This document shows positions 50,571 to 59,112 of a stretch of 64,000 nucleotides of DNA, piece after piece. The stretch's first letter is position 1, and the number at the start of each line of letters is the position of its first letter. The notes beneath the pieces are model-generated. The model did not search any database and was not told where the DNA came from. It saw nothing but the letters and a program-made list of their open reading frames with translations. The position numbers and the translations under genes were made by a program. The stretch spans positions 620,001 to 684,000 of the forward strand of contig CP128815.1 in NCBI GenBank assembly GCA_051546255.1, read 5' to 3'. The DNA is from Meyerozyma guilliermondii. Taxonomy: Eukaryota.

Positions 50571-51494
50571 TTAACTTGCGTAGCTCTTTTGTGCCTCCTC
50601 CTTAAAGCCTTCTATAGACCAAAGACCATGGTTTTCCGCAATAGTGTAGGAGAGCGTTCTTTGTTCATAGTAGTCACTTTTCAATTCAATGTTGCTAATG
50701 ACATCGTCAAGAAGAATCGCTTTGCCAACATTGGTTCCCTCGCCCAATCCAGGATGGGTAATGTTGACAACATGAATGTGGAAATGATAGTAAGAAGGCT
50801 GGTAGTGGATGAAAATACGCAATTGGTCTGGAGCGAGCAGGTACTTTTCCGATGTAACTTGACGCAATTTTGCAAGCAACTTTTTCAAAAAGTCAATATG
50901 AGTTCCGTTCAAGTCTCTAACACAGGTAATATCAGTACGGTTGACAATGCAGCACAAGTAAAGAGCATCCATATTGAGGCGATCCCATTTCATATCCGGT
51001 AAAAGAACAAAGCCGGTTTCTGGGTCTTTATCGTGGTATATAAAGGTTTCCAGTTCCTTTCCTTCAAAAAGAATATTGTAGACCCATTTGATGCGATCAC
51101 CACGCATGGTCTCGATATAAGGTTTCGTGAATTTTTGGTACATTGCTGGTGTCTCCAAAACATAATGGTGTTTCAGACCAGCATATTTTCTAATATGGGT
51201 TTCTGTTGCTGGGTAGATCAAATTGAGTTTTGCCGCTGGAAAATCAGGCAACGACTGTTTTACTAGAGCCAGTGACCAAAAGTAAACGTCGTTGTTGTTC
51301 AACAATTCAAGTTTTTCCACCCATTCTTGAACATCAAAATGGTTGTCGATGACTGGAAAATGTGACCTCTCGATGGTAATAATGGCATCCTTGTCGTCAA
51401 TTGAGCCCAAAAGGACCAATGATTTAGTCTGGGGGTCCGACTTCAACAACTTTACAAGCGTAAAGCTCGATACAAGATCTTGCAATTGAGACAT
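50571..51494 (-). CDS. DCS1: m7GpppX diphosphatase (scavenger decapping enzyme)
   Basis: NNDVY, LIYPATETHIRKY, WVYNIL, LPDMKWD, HIT motif HYQPSYYHFHIH. Confidence 0.94.
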   Translation of the reverse strand: MSQLQDLVSSFTLVKLLKSDPQTKSLVLLGSIDDKDAIITIERSHFPVIDNHFDVQEWVEKLELLNNNDVYFWSLALVKQSLPDFPAAKLNLIYPATETHIRKYAGLKHHYVLETPAMYQKFTKPYIETMRGDRIKWVYNILFEGKELETFIYHDKDPETGFVLLPDMKWDRLNMDALYLCCIVNRTDITCVRDLNGTHIDFLKKLLAKLRQVTSEKYLLAPDQLRIFIHYQPSYYHFHIHVVNITHPGLGEGTNVGKAILLDDVISNIELKSDYYEQRTLSYTIAENHGLWSIEGFKEEAQKSYAS

Positions 51495-52205
51495 GTTCAA
51501 GATGAGTACGAAATCGAGATTCTTGGATCAGATCTGAGTAAAGTACGCTAATGTTGTACGTTACTTGCTATACTTGTAGTAGAATCGTTGGGGATGGCCT
51601 CCTTTTATGTGTTCCGAGTCCGGCTACTCTTGACCGGCATTCTCGTGTTTTAGCCGCGCTGCTTAAACCCTTGCAGGTAGCTGTCTATGCAGGCCGCCGA
51701 CAAAATTTGTCACCAATCACCACAAACTTTGTATAGCGTTCAAGACTACTGAGTTCTCTATGACTCTGGTTAAGGATTCACGAAATTTGAGCTGAAAATC
51801 TGCCAACTTTTTCAAACTTGTTAAAAGTATTCGACACTTTTGACTTTTTTTCGTTTTGACTCTTCTCGCTAAAATAAGCTCTATTTGTGCAGCCATCGAC
51901 CAATGGACTTCAGTGACAGTTTCAGACTCCTTTACTCGAGAGAACAAAATTGAATGGTCTGTTCAAAATACTCAAAGTTGTAATACTCAATTTCATCACG
52001 ACATTAAGTTTTTTCCGATATCACTATATACTATTTAGGTGTGCAGGGACTGTAGAAGCCCTACATTGGAGTAATTGCAAAGTATCCAAGAGTCAGTATC
52101 TCTGTTCCACTGAACGAAATGCAAGTGATGTGTTTTGTGAAGAATTTCGACATCGGAATACGAGAATATGGGCATAAATTAAAATGTTGAAATCCTTCAA
52201 TAATC

Positions 52206-53294
52206 TCAATCACTCATGTCAAAGCATAGCCAACTGGGCCAAGCGGTCTCCTCTCTGATTATGCTTCTGATTTTTTCCACCAAAAACTTTTCAACCTTGC
52301 CCACATTTCTTAAGACATTAGTTTCCACCTCGCCAATTTCAGACTCGATTTTGACTTTCTTGATGATGTCGATTCTCTCCTTGTTATTTGTGCCCGAAAC
52401 GTACTCCACAAAATTCCCTCCAGACTCCATGTGAGCACCGTTAAAGTAGTCCGCCTGTGAATCGTCGCTGACGTCACAAAGAAAGGAAAAGTAAACTGCA
52501 TTTTGGAGGTATGCAATGCAAATGAGCGAGTGAATCTCAAACCCGGTAATATGCAATTTGATGGGAAGTGTTACGAAATGCTGAGAGGGATAGTTCAAGA
52601 ATAAGTCCACCGTGACCTCGATATGAAGATTGCCCTTATATTTGACCTCGGCTATAATCTGGACGTCATTTTCGCCTCGTTTCAGTTTTTTCAGCGAACT
52701 AATGGGAGTATTCAGAATTGGCGGCAGATTCGGTCCGGTCCGCATCTGATTGAGTATTTGTGTAGGTGTATCTCTTCCCGAGGGTGTGGCGGAGTTGAGA
52801 TTAAGAGTTCCCAATCCCACATTGGTGAGGTTGTATGCGTACAACGAATTCAAATGGGCATGTGAAGACAAGGGGGTGGCTGCCAGAGTTGTGTGGGACC
52901 TCCTTAGTTTAGTAGGTATGGGATGCAAAGGTTGTGGAGCAAATTGGGTTTTAGATTCTGTGGTTTCTGAAAGAGTTACTTCTCCCGTGAGTCCATCTCG
53001 AGTATCTTCGTCGTCACTCGAATCACTTTCTCCCATTCCCGAGGTAGCCGTAGTTGTAGGAGCTCCAGCATTCCGTGGACCGTCTTCATCTTCGTAGAAG
53101 TCTTCAAAAGTGTCGCCAATATCTCGTATTATGATTTCTGGAGCTTTGTCTCCAAGCAGAAAATCTGATACCGTAAGGTTATCAATATATGAAGGCAAGG
53201 ACACACTCAGGAATTGTGATGCCAAGAATTCTTTTATGGAGTTGTTAATGGATTCATCTTCTACTAGTTGTGACCAATTTATGTCAAAGGACAT
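52206..53294 (-). CDS. MDM12: ERMES subunit Mdm12
   Basis: MSFDINWS, LPSYI, LNYPS..FVTLPIKL, SEIGE...VLRNVGKVEKF, WPSW. Confidence 0.94.
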   Translation of the reverse strand: MSFDINWSQLVEDESINNSIKEFLASQFLSVSLPSYIDNLTVSDFLLGDKAPEIIIRDIGDTFEDFYEDEDGPRNAGAPTTTATSGMGESDSSDDEDTRDGLTGEVTLSETTESKTQFAPQPLHPIPTKLRRSHTTLAATPLSSHAHLNSLYAYNLTNVGLGTLNLNSATPSGRDTPTQILNQMRTGPNLPPILNTPISSLKKLKRGENDVQIIAEVKYKGNLHIEVTVDLFLNYPSQHFVTLPIKLHITGFEIHSLICIAYLQNAVYFSFLCDVSDDSQADYFNGAHMESGGNFVEYVSGTNNKERIDIIKKVKIESEIGEVETNVLRNVGKVEKFLVEKIRSIIREETAWPSWLCFDMSD

Positions 53295-54386
53295 TTGGCG
53301 TGGTATATATTTGTAAAGAGTGCGCGGCGAATTTTGCGAAAATGGGTTGCAGAGGTGGGGCAAGAATAAGGAAGAAAATGGGAAAGATTGAGAGATATGA
53401 ACAGAAGTTGACATAAGCTGGGGTTACAGGAGCTGTTTCATTGAGCTTGAGATGTTGAGTTAAAATTTCGAGAATTTGTAAAAAATGACAAAAATGAAAT
53501 TTTGAAGGAATATGAAAGTTTCAGTGGTAATACGAAAAATGAATACCTCTCGAATAACAATATCCCTACGTTACTCAATTGCTTACTAGTAGAGCCCCAT
53601 GAACTACATTGAAAGAGGAAGGAAATCTCTGAGTCAGACAACGTGATATGAATAGTAGCAGTAATTTGCAGCCATCACGAATTTGAGATTGAGTTATCCA
53701 GTTTCCTTTATTATTTTCTTTCATTCCGTCATTGCATGTAATCCATTTGAATGTCATATTCATATTGATAAGGTTGTGTCTACGCTCATCTGACTGAAAA
53801 GGTATGGTGTAAAGTCTATTTAAATGCTCAGATGGATACCGAATCACCCATCAACTGAAAAAAATTCAATTGACAATAAAGTTAATTTGGAATGATCAGG
53901 CGTAGCCATGAAGCTTATACTTGCCCAAGAAAAGTACATGAAGCCACAATATCTTCACCATTTCATCCTTATATTACATCGCCTGACGTCGACCGTATTT
54001 GGTAAAAGGCGAAAGTACCTTATTTTATCACACTTTCAGAATTTTCTTGGCAAAATAATATCTCAGCAAATATGTGGCTGCGAATTGCAGTGCACTCACT
54101 ACAACGACGACAAAAAAGCGATAACTAAATGACCACTAAAGACAACTAAAGCAGACACAATCACTAATCTCTACATCCAGCACAGAAATTCCAAAAATGT
54201 TTTCCCACTTTATATGGTTAGTTCTTATCCTGACTGCACCTGTCAAATTTGGCAGGTGGAGGCGCCGCATTCGGACGTTCGCGCCGGCTTATCTTTCACC
54301 TGGTTCCTAACCTATCAAGGTGCGAGCACAATGTTAAAACCACTGAAAGCCGCTGTGCAAGTCAAGTGAATCAGTTCAACTGAATC

Positions 54387-55964
54387 ATGTCCCAGAAAAG
54401 AGAAGCAAATGATAGTTTGCAGCCAATAAACTCGTTCACAAAAGAAAATCTAGGCAAGGACGATGTCATCACTGCTTTTACTTCTCCCAATGGGAGAGTG
54501 GTAAAGGTAACAGGAGACGTCGACGAAGCCATGAAAGTGGCGTTGGAAATTGACGAAGACATAGTTTTGGACGAAGAAACCAACAAAAGACTTTTGAGAA
54601 AAATCGACATGTTTCTTCTTCCTCTCATTTGCTTATTGTATGCGTTTCAGTTCATGGATAAAACCACCACGTCGTATGCTGCCGTGATGGGGTTCAAGCA
54701 GGACTTTGATATGGTTGGCGATATGTACTCGTGGTGTGGAACTGCATTTTACATTGGGTACTTGGCATTTGAATTTCCTGCCAATGCTATACTTCAACGG
54801 TTTCCACTTGCAAAGGCAACTTCTGCCTTTATCATTGTATGGGGTATTATTTTGTGTTTGCATGCGGTTCCCAAAACTTATGCTGGAGTGATCACATTGA
54901 GAACAGTCTTGGGTATACTTGAGTCTGCAGTTACTCCTGCCATGGTGATTTTCACAAGTCAATGGTATAAAGCCGAAGAGCAGTTTCTACGCACTGCGCT
55001 TTGGTTTTCTTGCAATGGACTCGGAATCATCATTGGAGGAGCAATTGCATATGGTGTAGCATCTCATGAGGCTCATTATTCTCTTGAAGCATGGAAAGTT
55101 CTCTTCATCACAACTGGTCTCATGACTATTGTGGTTGGAATTCTATTTGCAATTCACATTCCTGATAACCCATCAAAAGCGTGGTTCTTGACTCCTACTG
55201 AAAAGAAATTGGTGGTGGAAAGAATTAGGTCCAATCAGCAAGGATTTGGAAACAAGCACTTTAAAATCCATCAGTTCAAAGAAGCAATGCTTGATGTCAA
55301 TACTTGGCTCTATTTCTTGTTTGCAATTGCCTCAAACATTCCTAATGGTGCACTCACCAACTTTGGAAGCATTTTGTTGAATTCTGACTTTGGCTACACC
55401 CCCAAAAATTCACTTTTGATGAATATGCCATGCGGAGGTGTTGAATTCGTTGGTTGTATTTTGTTTGCAGCCAGCCACTCGTTTGTTCCTCATCGTATGG
55501 CTATCTCGTTCACAGCAATGGCACTTGCTTTAGCGGCTTCATGTATGTTGGCATTTGCTGGCCCAAAAGAAGTGAGGCTCGCTGGTTACTACTTGATGTA
55601 CGTTTACCCCACCACCATGATCTGTGCTTTATCATGCTTTGCCTCCAACACAGCTGGTCATACCAAGAAGATAACCACTAATGCGGTGTTCTTGATTGGA
55701 TACTGTGTGGGAAACCTTATAGGTCCTCAGACGTTTGTTGAAAAACAAGCTCCATCATATACTGGAGGAAAGATCAGTTTTGTTGTTTGTGACTGTATTA
55801 CATTGATTCTTATTGCTGCTATCTACTACAACTACTGGCTCGGCAACAGAAGAAAGGAAAAGGAATTGGTTCTTTTGAAAGAAACCTCGCTCGATGATCT
55901 TGAATATTACGAATTTGCTGACATGACAGATAAAGAGAACCCATATTTTAGATACCGTCTTTAG
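54387..55964 (+). CDS. MFS allantoate/ureidosuccinate/dipeptide permease family (Dal5-like)
   Basis: TGDVDEAM, LLRKID, QFMDK, WYKAEEQ..R, PDNPSKAWFL, NQQGFGNKHFK, SNTAGHTKK, GNLIGPQTF, DMTDKENPYFRY. Confidence 0.92.
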   Translation: MSQKREANDSLQPINSFTKENLGKDDVITAFTSPNGRVVKVTGDVDEAMKVALEIDEDIVLDEETNKRLLRKIDMFLLPLICLLYAFQFMDKTTTSYAAVMGFKQDFDMVGDMYSWCGTAFYIGYLAFEFPANAILQRFPLAKATSAFIIVWGIILCLHAVPKTYAGVITLRTVLGILESAVTPAMVIFTSQWYKAEEQFLRTALWFSCNGLGIIIGGAIAYGVASHEAHYSLEAWKVLFITTGLMTIVVGILFAIHIPDNPSKAWFLTPTEKKLVVERIRSNQQGFGNKHFKIHQFKEAMLDVNTWLYFLFAIASNIPNGALTNFGSILLNSDFGYTPKNSLLMNMPCGGVEFVGCILFAASHSFVPHRMAISFTAMALALAASCMLAFAGPKEVRLAGYYLMYVYPTTMICALSCFASNTAGHTKKITTNAVFLIGYCVGNLIGPQTFVEKQAPSYTGGKISFVVCDCITLILIAAIYYNYWLGNRRKEKELVLLKETSLDDLEYYEFADMTDKENPYFRYRL

Positions 55965-56029
55965 CCGCCCGAAATAAATATGTATCCTCATCATATTCAT
56001 CCTCTATTTTTCAGTCTTCGGTGCGTCTA

Positions 56030-56083
56030 CCCCAGATTCCGCCCCGCATCGCACCGGAACCAGCCTAAAATTTTTCACCCCAC
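56030..56083. promoter_or_regulatory. Three Mig1/CreA-type GC boxes (CCCCAG, CCCCGC, CCCCAC)
   Basis: Reverse complements of SYGGRG at 56030, 56042 and 56078 in the 170-nt gap before the oxidoreductase. Confidence 0.5.
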
Positions 56084-56134
56084 ATCTTTCCTTTAAAACA
56101 ACACAGTTAATAAAAACGTTTGTGGCTGTTCACT

Positions 56135-57274
56135 ATGATTGCTCTGGAGCCTGTATCAATAGTGGTAGTGGGCGCAGGACTTATAGGACCTCGTCATGCA
56201 CAACATATTAAAGAGCACAAGAACGCTAGACTTTTTGGTATAGTAGATCCAAGTGCTATTGGTCGCAAAGTAGCCGAGGATTATAATACTGACTACTTTG
56301 ATTCGATATCTGCTATGATAAACCACTGTGATAACCAAGGAATTGCTTATCCTCATGGAGCGGTTGTGGCTACTCCAAATGCTACCCATATACGAGTTGC
56401 AGCTGAATTGGCATCCCACGGAATTCATTTACTTGTTGAGAAGCCACTCAGCTCACGAGCCGAGGAGTCAGAAGCACTTAAAAGGTACTGTGCTGAAAAA
56501 AATGTTCATCTTTTGGTGGGTCATCATCGTCGGTTTAATCCATTTATCATCGAAACGAAAAAGCATCTACAAACGCTAGGTACAATTGTTGCATTGCAAG
56601 GTACATGGACTCTTTGCAAGCCAGACGACTACTTTCTAGCATCTCCATGGCGCACCTCCAACGAATCTGGTGGAGGAACTCTTTTAATCAATCTTGTTCA
56701 TGACATTGACATCCTTCAATATTTATTTGGACCCGTCGAAAGAGTATACGCCGAGGTGCTACAGAAACAGCGAGATCACTACCCGGAAGCAGACGAGGGC
56801 GCAGCACTCACTCTACGCTTTGTTAGTGGAGTTTGTGGTACATTTGTTTGTTGCGATTCGGTAACCTCACCGTTCAACTTTGAGTCCGGAACCGGCGAAA
56901 ATCCCAATATTCCATTTCATGAACAACTAGAAGGATTCTATCGAGTCTACGGTACCAACGGAACACTTTCGGTGCCAGACATGCATTTATACCACCAGCA
57001 GCATACACTAGAAAAAACCTGGAACCAGCCGGTGATAAGAGAAAGAGTCAGTCCTCATCCCGAAGTATTGAGAAGCAAACACCCATTCGATCTCCAACTA
57101 GACCACTTTCTCAACGTAATAAATGGTAGTGAACTGCCTCTTTGCACCGCTGAAGACGGAATACAGGCACAGCTATGCATCAACGCTGTGATGAACTCGA
57201 TTAAAACAGGACTTCCACAAACGATTCCCAGCACCTCGTCCATTCACCCGGACTATAAGGCATTGAATATATAG
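56135..57274 (+). CDS. Gfo/Idh/MocA-family NAD(P)-dependent oxidoreductase (QutH-like)
   Basis: VVGAGLIGPRH, VATPNATH, LLVEKP, VGHHRRFNP, GGG.LLINLVHDID. Confidence 0.9.
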   Translation: MIALEPVSIVVVGAGLIGPRHAQHIKEHKNARLFGIVDPSAIGRKVAEDYNTDYFDSISAMINHCDNQGIAYPHGAVVATPNATHIRVAAELASHGIHLLVEKPLSSRAEESEALKRYCAEKNVHLLVGHHRRFNPFIIETKKHLQTLGTIVALQGTWTLCKPDDYFLASPWRTSNESGGGTLLINLVHDIDILQYLFGPVERVYAEVLQKQRDHYPEADEGAALTLRFVSGVCGTFVCCDSVTSPFNFESGTGENPNIPFHEQLEGFYRVYGTNGTLSVPDMHLYHQQHTLEKTWNQPVIRERVSPHPEVLRSKHPFDLQLDHFLNVINGSELPLCTAEDGIQAQLCINAVMNSIKTGLPQTIPSTSSIHPDYKALNI

Positions 57275-57428
57275 CCAATAGCTCTAATACTCAAGAAATC
57301 AACTTTTAGCTGCATTTGCAGCCGTCTAGTAGTGTTTGCAACTCGCCGCCTGTATATTATAAGCCTGCATATAACCCACCCATCAACAATTTCAACCACT
57401 CACACTTCGACAAATTACCCACCTTCTA

Positions 57429-57707
57429 ATGTCAAAGTTTGTCCTTCCTACGACCCTTCGGGAGTTGAGGTTCCACTTGTCGCAGACCGGTGAGGCGTCG
57501 GTTCCTTTGCGTAAATTTCTCACTGCCAACTATCCTGCTTTGAAAAAACAGCTGAACTACAAAATACCCATTTTAGTCAGAGAAGCTTATGGAGTTCCTC
57601 CCAGCATCACAGCACGGTTTGAGAAAGGGAAGGAGGTGAAGAACCACTTGGAAGGCTTGGATGAGCAAGGAATAGCCTCGGCATTGTCGGAATTGTTGAA
57701 AAAGTAG
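57429..57707 (+). CDS. Complex I accessory subunit NDUFA2/B8 (NI8M)
   Basis: LRELRFHLSQTGEAS..LRKFL..NYP.LK..N..IPILVREA.GVPP..TARFEKGKE. Confidence 0.88.
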   Translation: MSKFVLPTTLRELRFHLSQTGEASVPLRKFLTANYPALKKQLNYKIPILVREAYGVPPSITARFEKGKEVKNHLEGLDEQGIASALSELLKK

Positions 57708-57758
57708 TTACATTCGATACATATACAGTCATTATACTTTAGGTTGATTTGTAGTTAT

Positions 57759-58844
57759 TCATGCTCCAAATTGGTAAATTCCCCATCCGAGCGATGCTAA
57801 CTCTTTGTTATAGAGCTCTTTAATTGGCTCCGACTTGCCACTAACGATACCACTGGCTGCGACCAAAGGCGCAAAGTGCTCAAGAGTAGGATGTGCTTGG
57901 TAAAGGAGTTGTCGATGCTCCAATTTGAAATTTTCTAGTCTTTCCAAGAGATGGTCGTCGTTGACGAGAGTATCTCTGAGCAAAGCATTGAATTTTTTCG
58001 CATATGGTTTGACTTGGTCTGGGTTTCTGAACGACGATAAGTCACGGAGATTGTGCACAGACATCCCTGAAAACACCACCAATCCCCTCAATTCTCGTTT
58101 CTGGGACTCGTCCCACACTGGGTTTTCCCTAAAATGGCTCAATACCTTGCCTAATTTGAAGTGGGACCGGAAATCGTCGTCATTGCTGGTGAGCGAAACT
58201 TGAACTAGAGGTATATCCAGTAAATCTGGAGACTCTGATTTCAGAGCTGTTTGAGGACCCAAAGTGTTATAGTCCAGAAACGCCACTTTAAAAGGCACCC
58301 ATACGCCGTGATCAATGCCTCGTTTCACCAAATCGCTCTGAAACCCATTGGCTTGCAATTGACTTTGCACCAGTTTTGCAACCGAAAACGATGAGTTCAG
58401 CACAAATTTCTCCTTGTACATGTGGTCAGGGAATCCGTAGAAGTCATATATGAGTTTGTTGGGGCCATTGGGCTTGTCTGGAACCGCAATATCTACTCTA
58501 TTGCTGGCCGTCGACTGCCAATGGGCTGAAACCACAACAATGTAGTCGGGTTTTAATTCGTTTTTGATGTGGTTTCCAAGCTTTTTCACGGTTTTCCACG
58601 CCCCAGCATCACCCATGGGGTCGGTCTCGTACATGAAAGTGGGCCCACCATGGCTGAAAAAGTACGCGGGATATGGAAACTTGCCCGAAGTCGCTGAAGA
58701 AGTTGCTGCGGAAACGGCCGCGGAAGTCGCAGCCAGTTTAGATGCAGTCAGAACACCCGTGGTTGCCATTGTTTTGGATATAAAGTATGAGGATAGAATT
58801 GCCGCTATGATTGCTAGAGCTACCAGAAGCACAAAATACTTCAT
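57759..58844 (-). CDS. LigB-type (class III extradiol, DODA-like) ring-cleavage dioxygenase with N-terminal hydrophobic segment
   Basis: Metal and catalytic His motifs FSHGGP, VSAHW, IYDFYGFP, RGIDHGVWVP, SGMSVHNL, AHPTLEHFAP. Confidence 0.88.
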   Translation of the reverse strand: MKYFVLLVALAIIAAILSSYFISKTMATTGVLTASKLAATSAAVSAATSSATSGKFPYPAYFFSHGGPTFMYETDPMGDAGAWKTVKKLGNHIKNELKPDYIVVVSAHWQSTASNRVDIAVPDKPNGPNKLIYDFYGFPDHMYKEKFVLNSSFSVAKLVQSQLQANGFQSDLVKRGIDHGVWVPFKVAFLDYNTLGPQTALKSESPDLLDIPLVQVSLTSNDDDFRSHFKLGKVLSHFRENPVWDESQKRELRGLVVFSGMSVHNLRDLSSFRNPDQVKPYAKKFNALLRDTLVNDDHLLERLENFKLEHRQLLYQAHPTLEHFAPLVAASGIVSGKSEPIKELYNKELASLGWGIYQFGA

Positions 58845-59112
58845 AAATACTTTTATGGCCCGATGGCTTTATATAGAAAATCACCGCATTCGCACTTACT
58901 CACAAAGTAGTAAGATTAGAAATTAGCTGAGAAATCACAAATTCAAATACCCGCGCACCGCTCCCGAAAAATTCACTTGCACTGTTCCTGCTTTCCCGTT
59001 GTGATTATGTCAGCTGAGGGTCACTATAATTTCATATCACCTGTGAAGAAACGAAACATATGCATACGGGTATTTTCGGCTCTGTTGTATATTTTTGATT
59101 TCTTTCTTCACA

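Noticed and set aside
51596..51612. CCTTTTAT resembling U5 snRNA loop 1
   Set aside because: It does not match the invariant GCCTTTTAC and lacks the flanking stem and Sm site.
53451..53612. Protein-like open frame of about 53 codons (DVELKFREFVKNDKNEILKEY...)
   Set aside because: No ATG or splice acceptor, AT-rich and no family match; cannot be supported as an exon or pseudogene.
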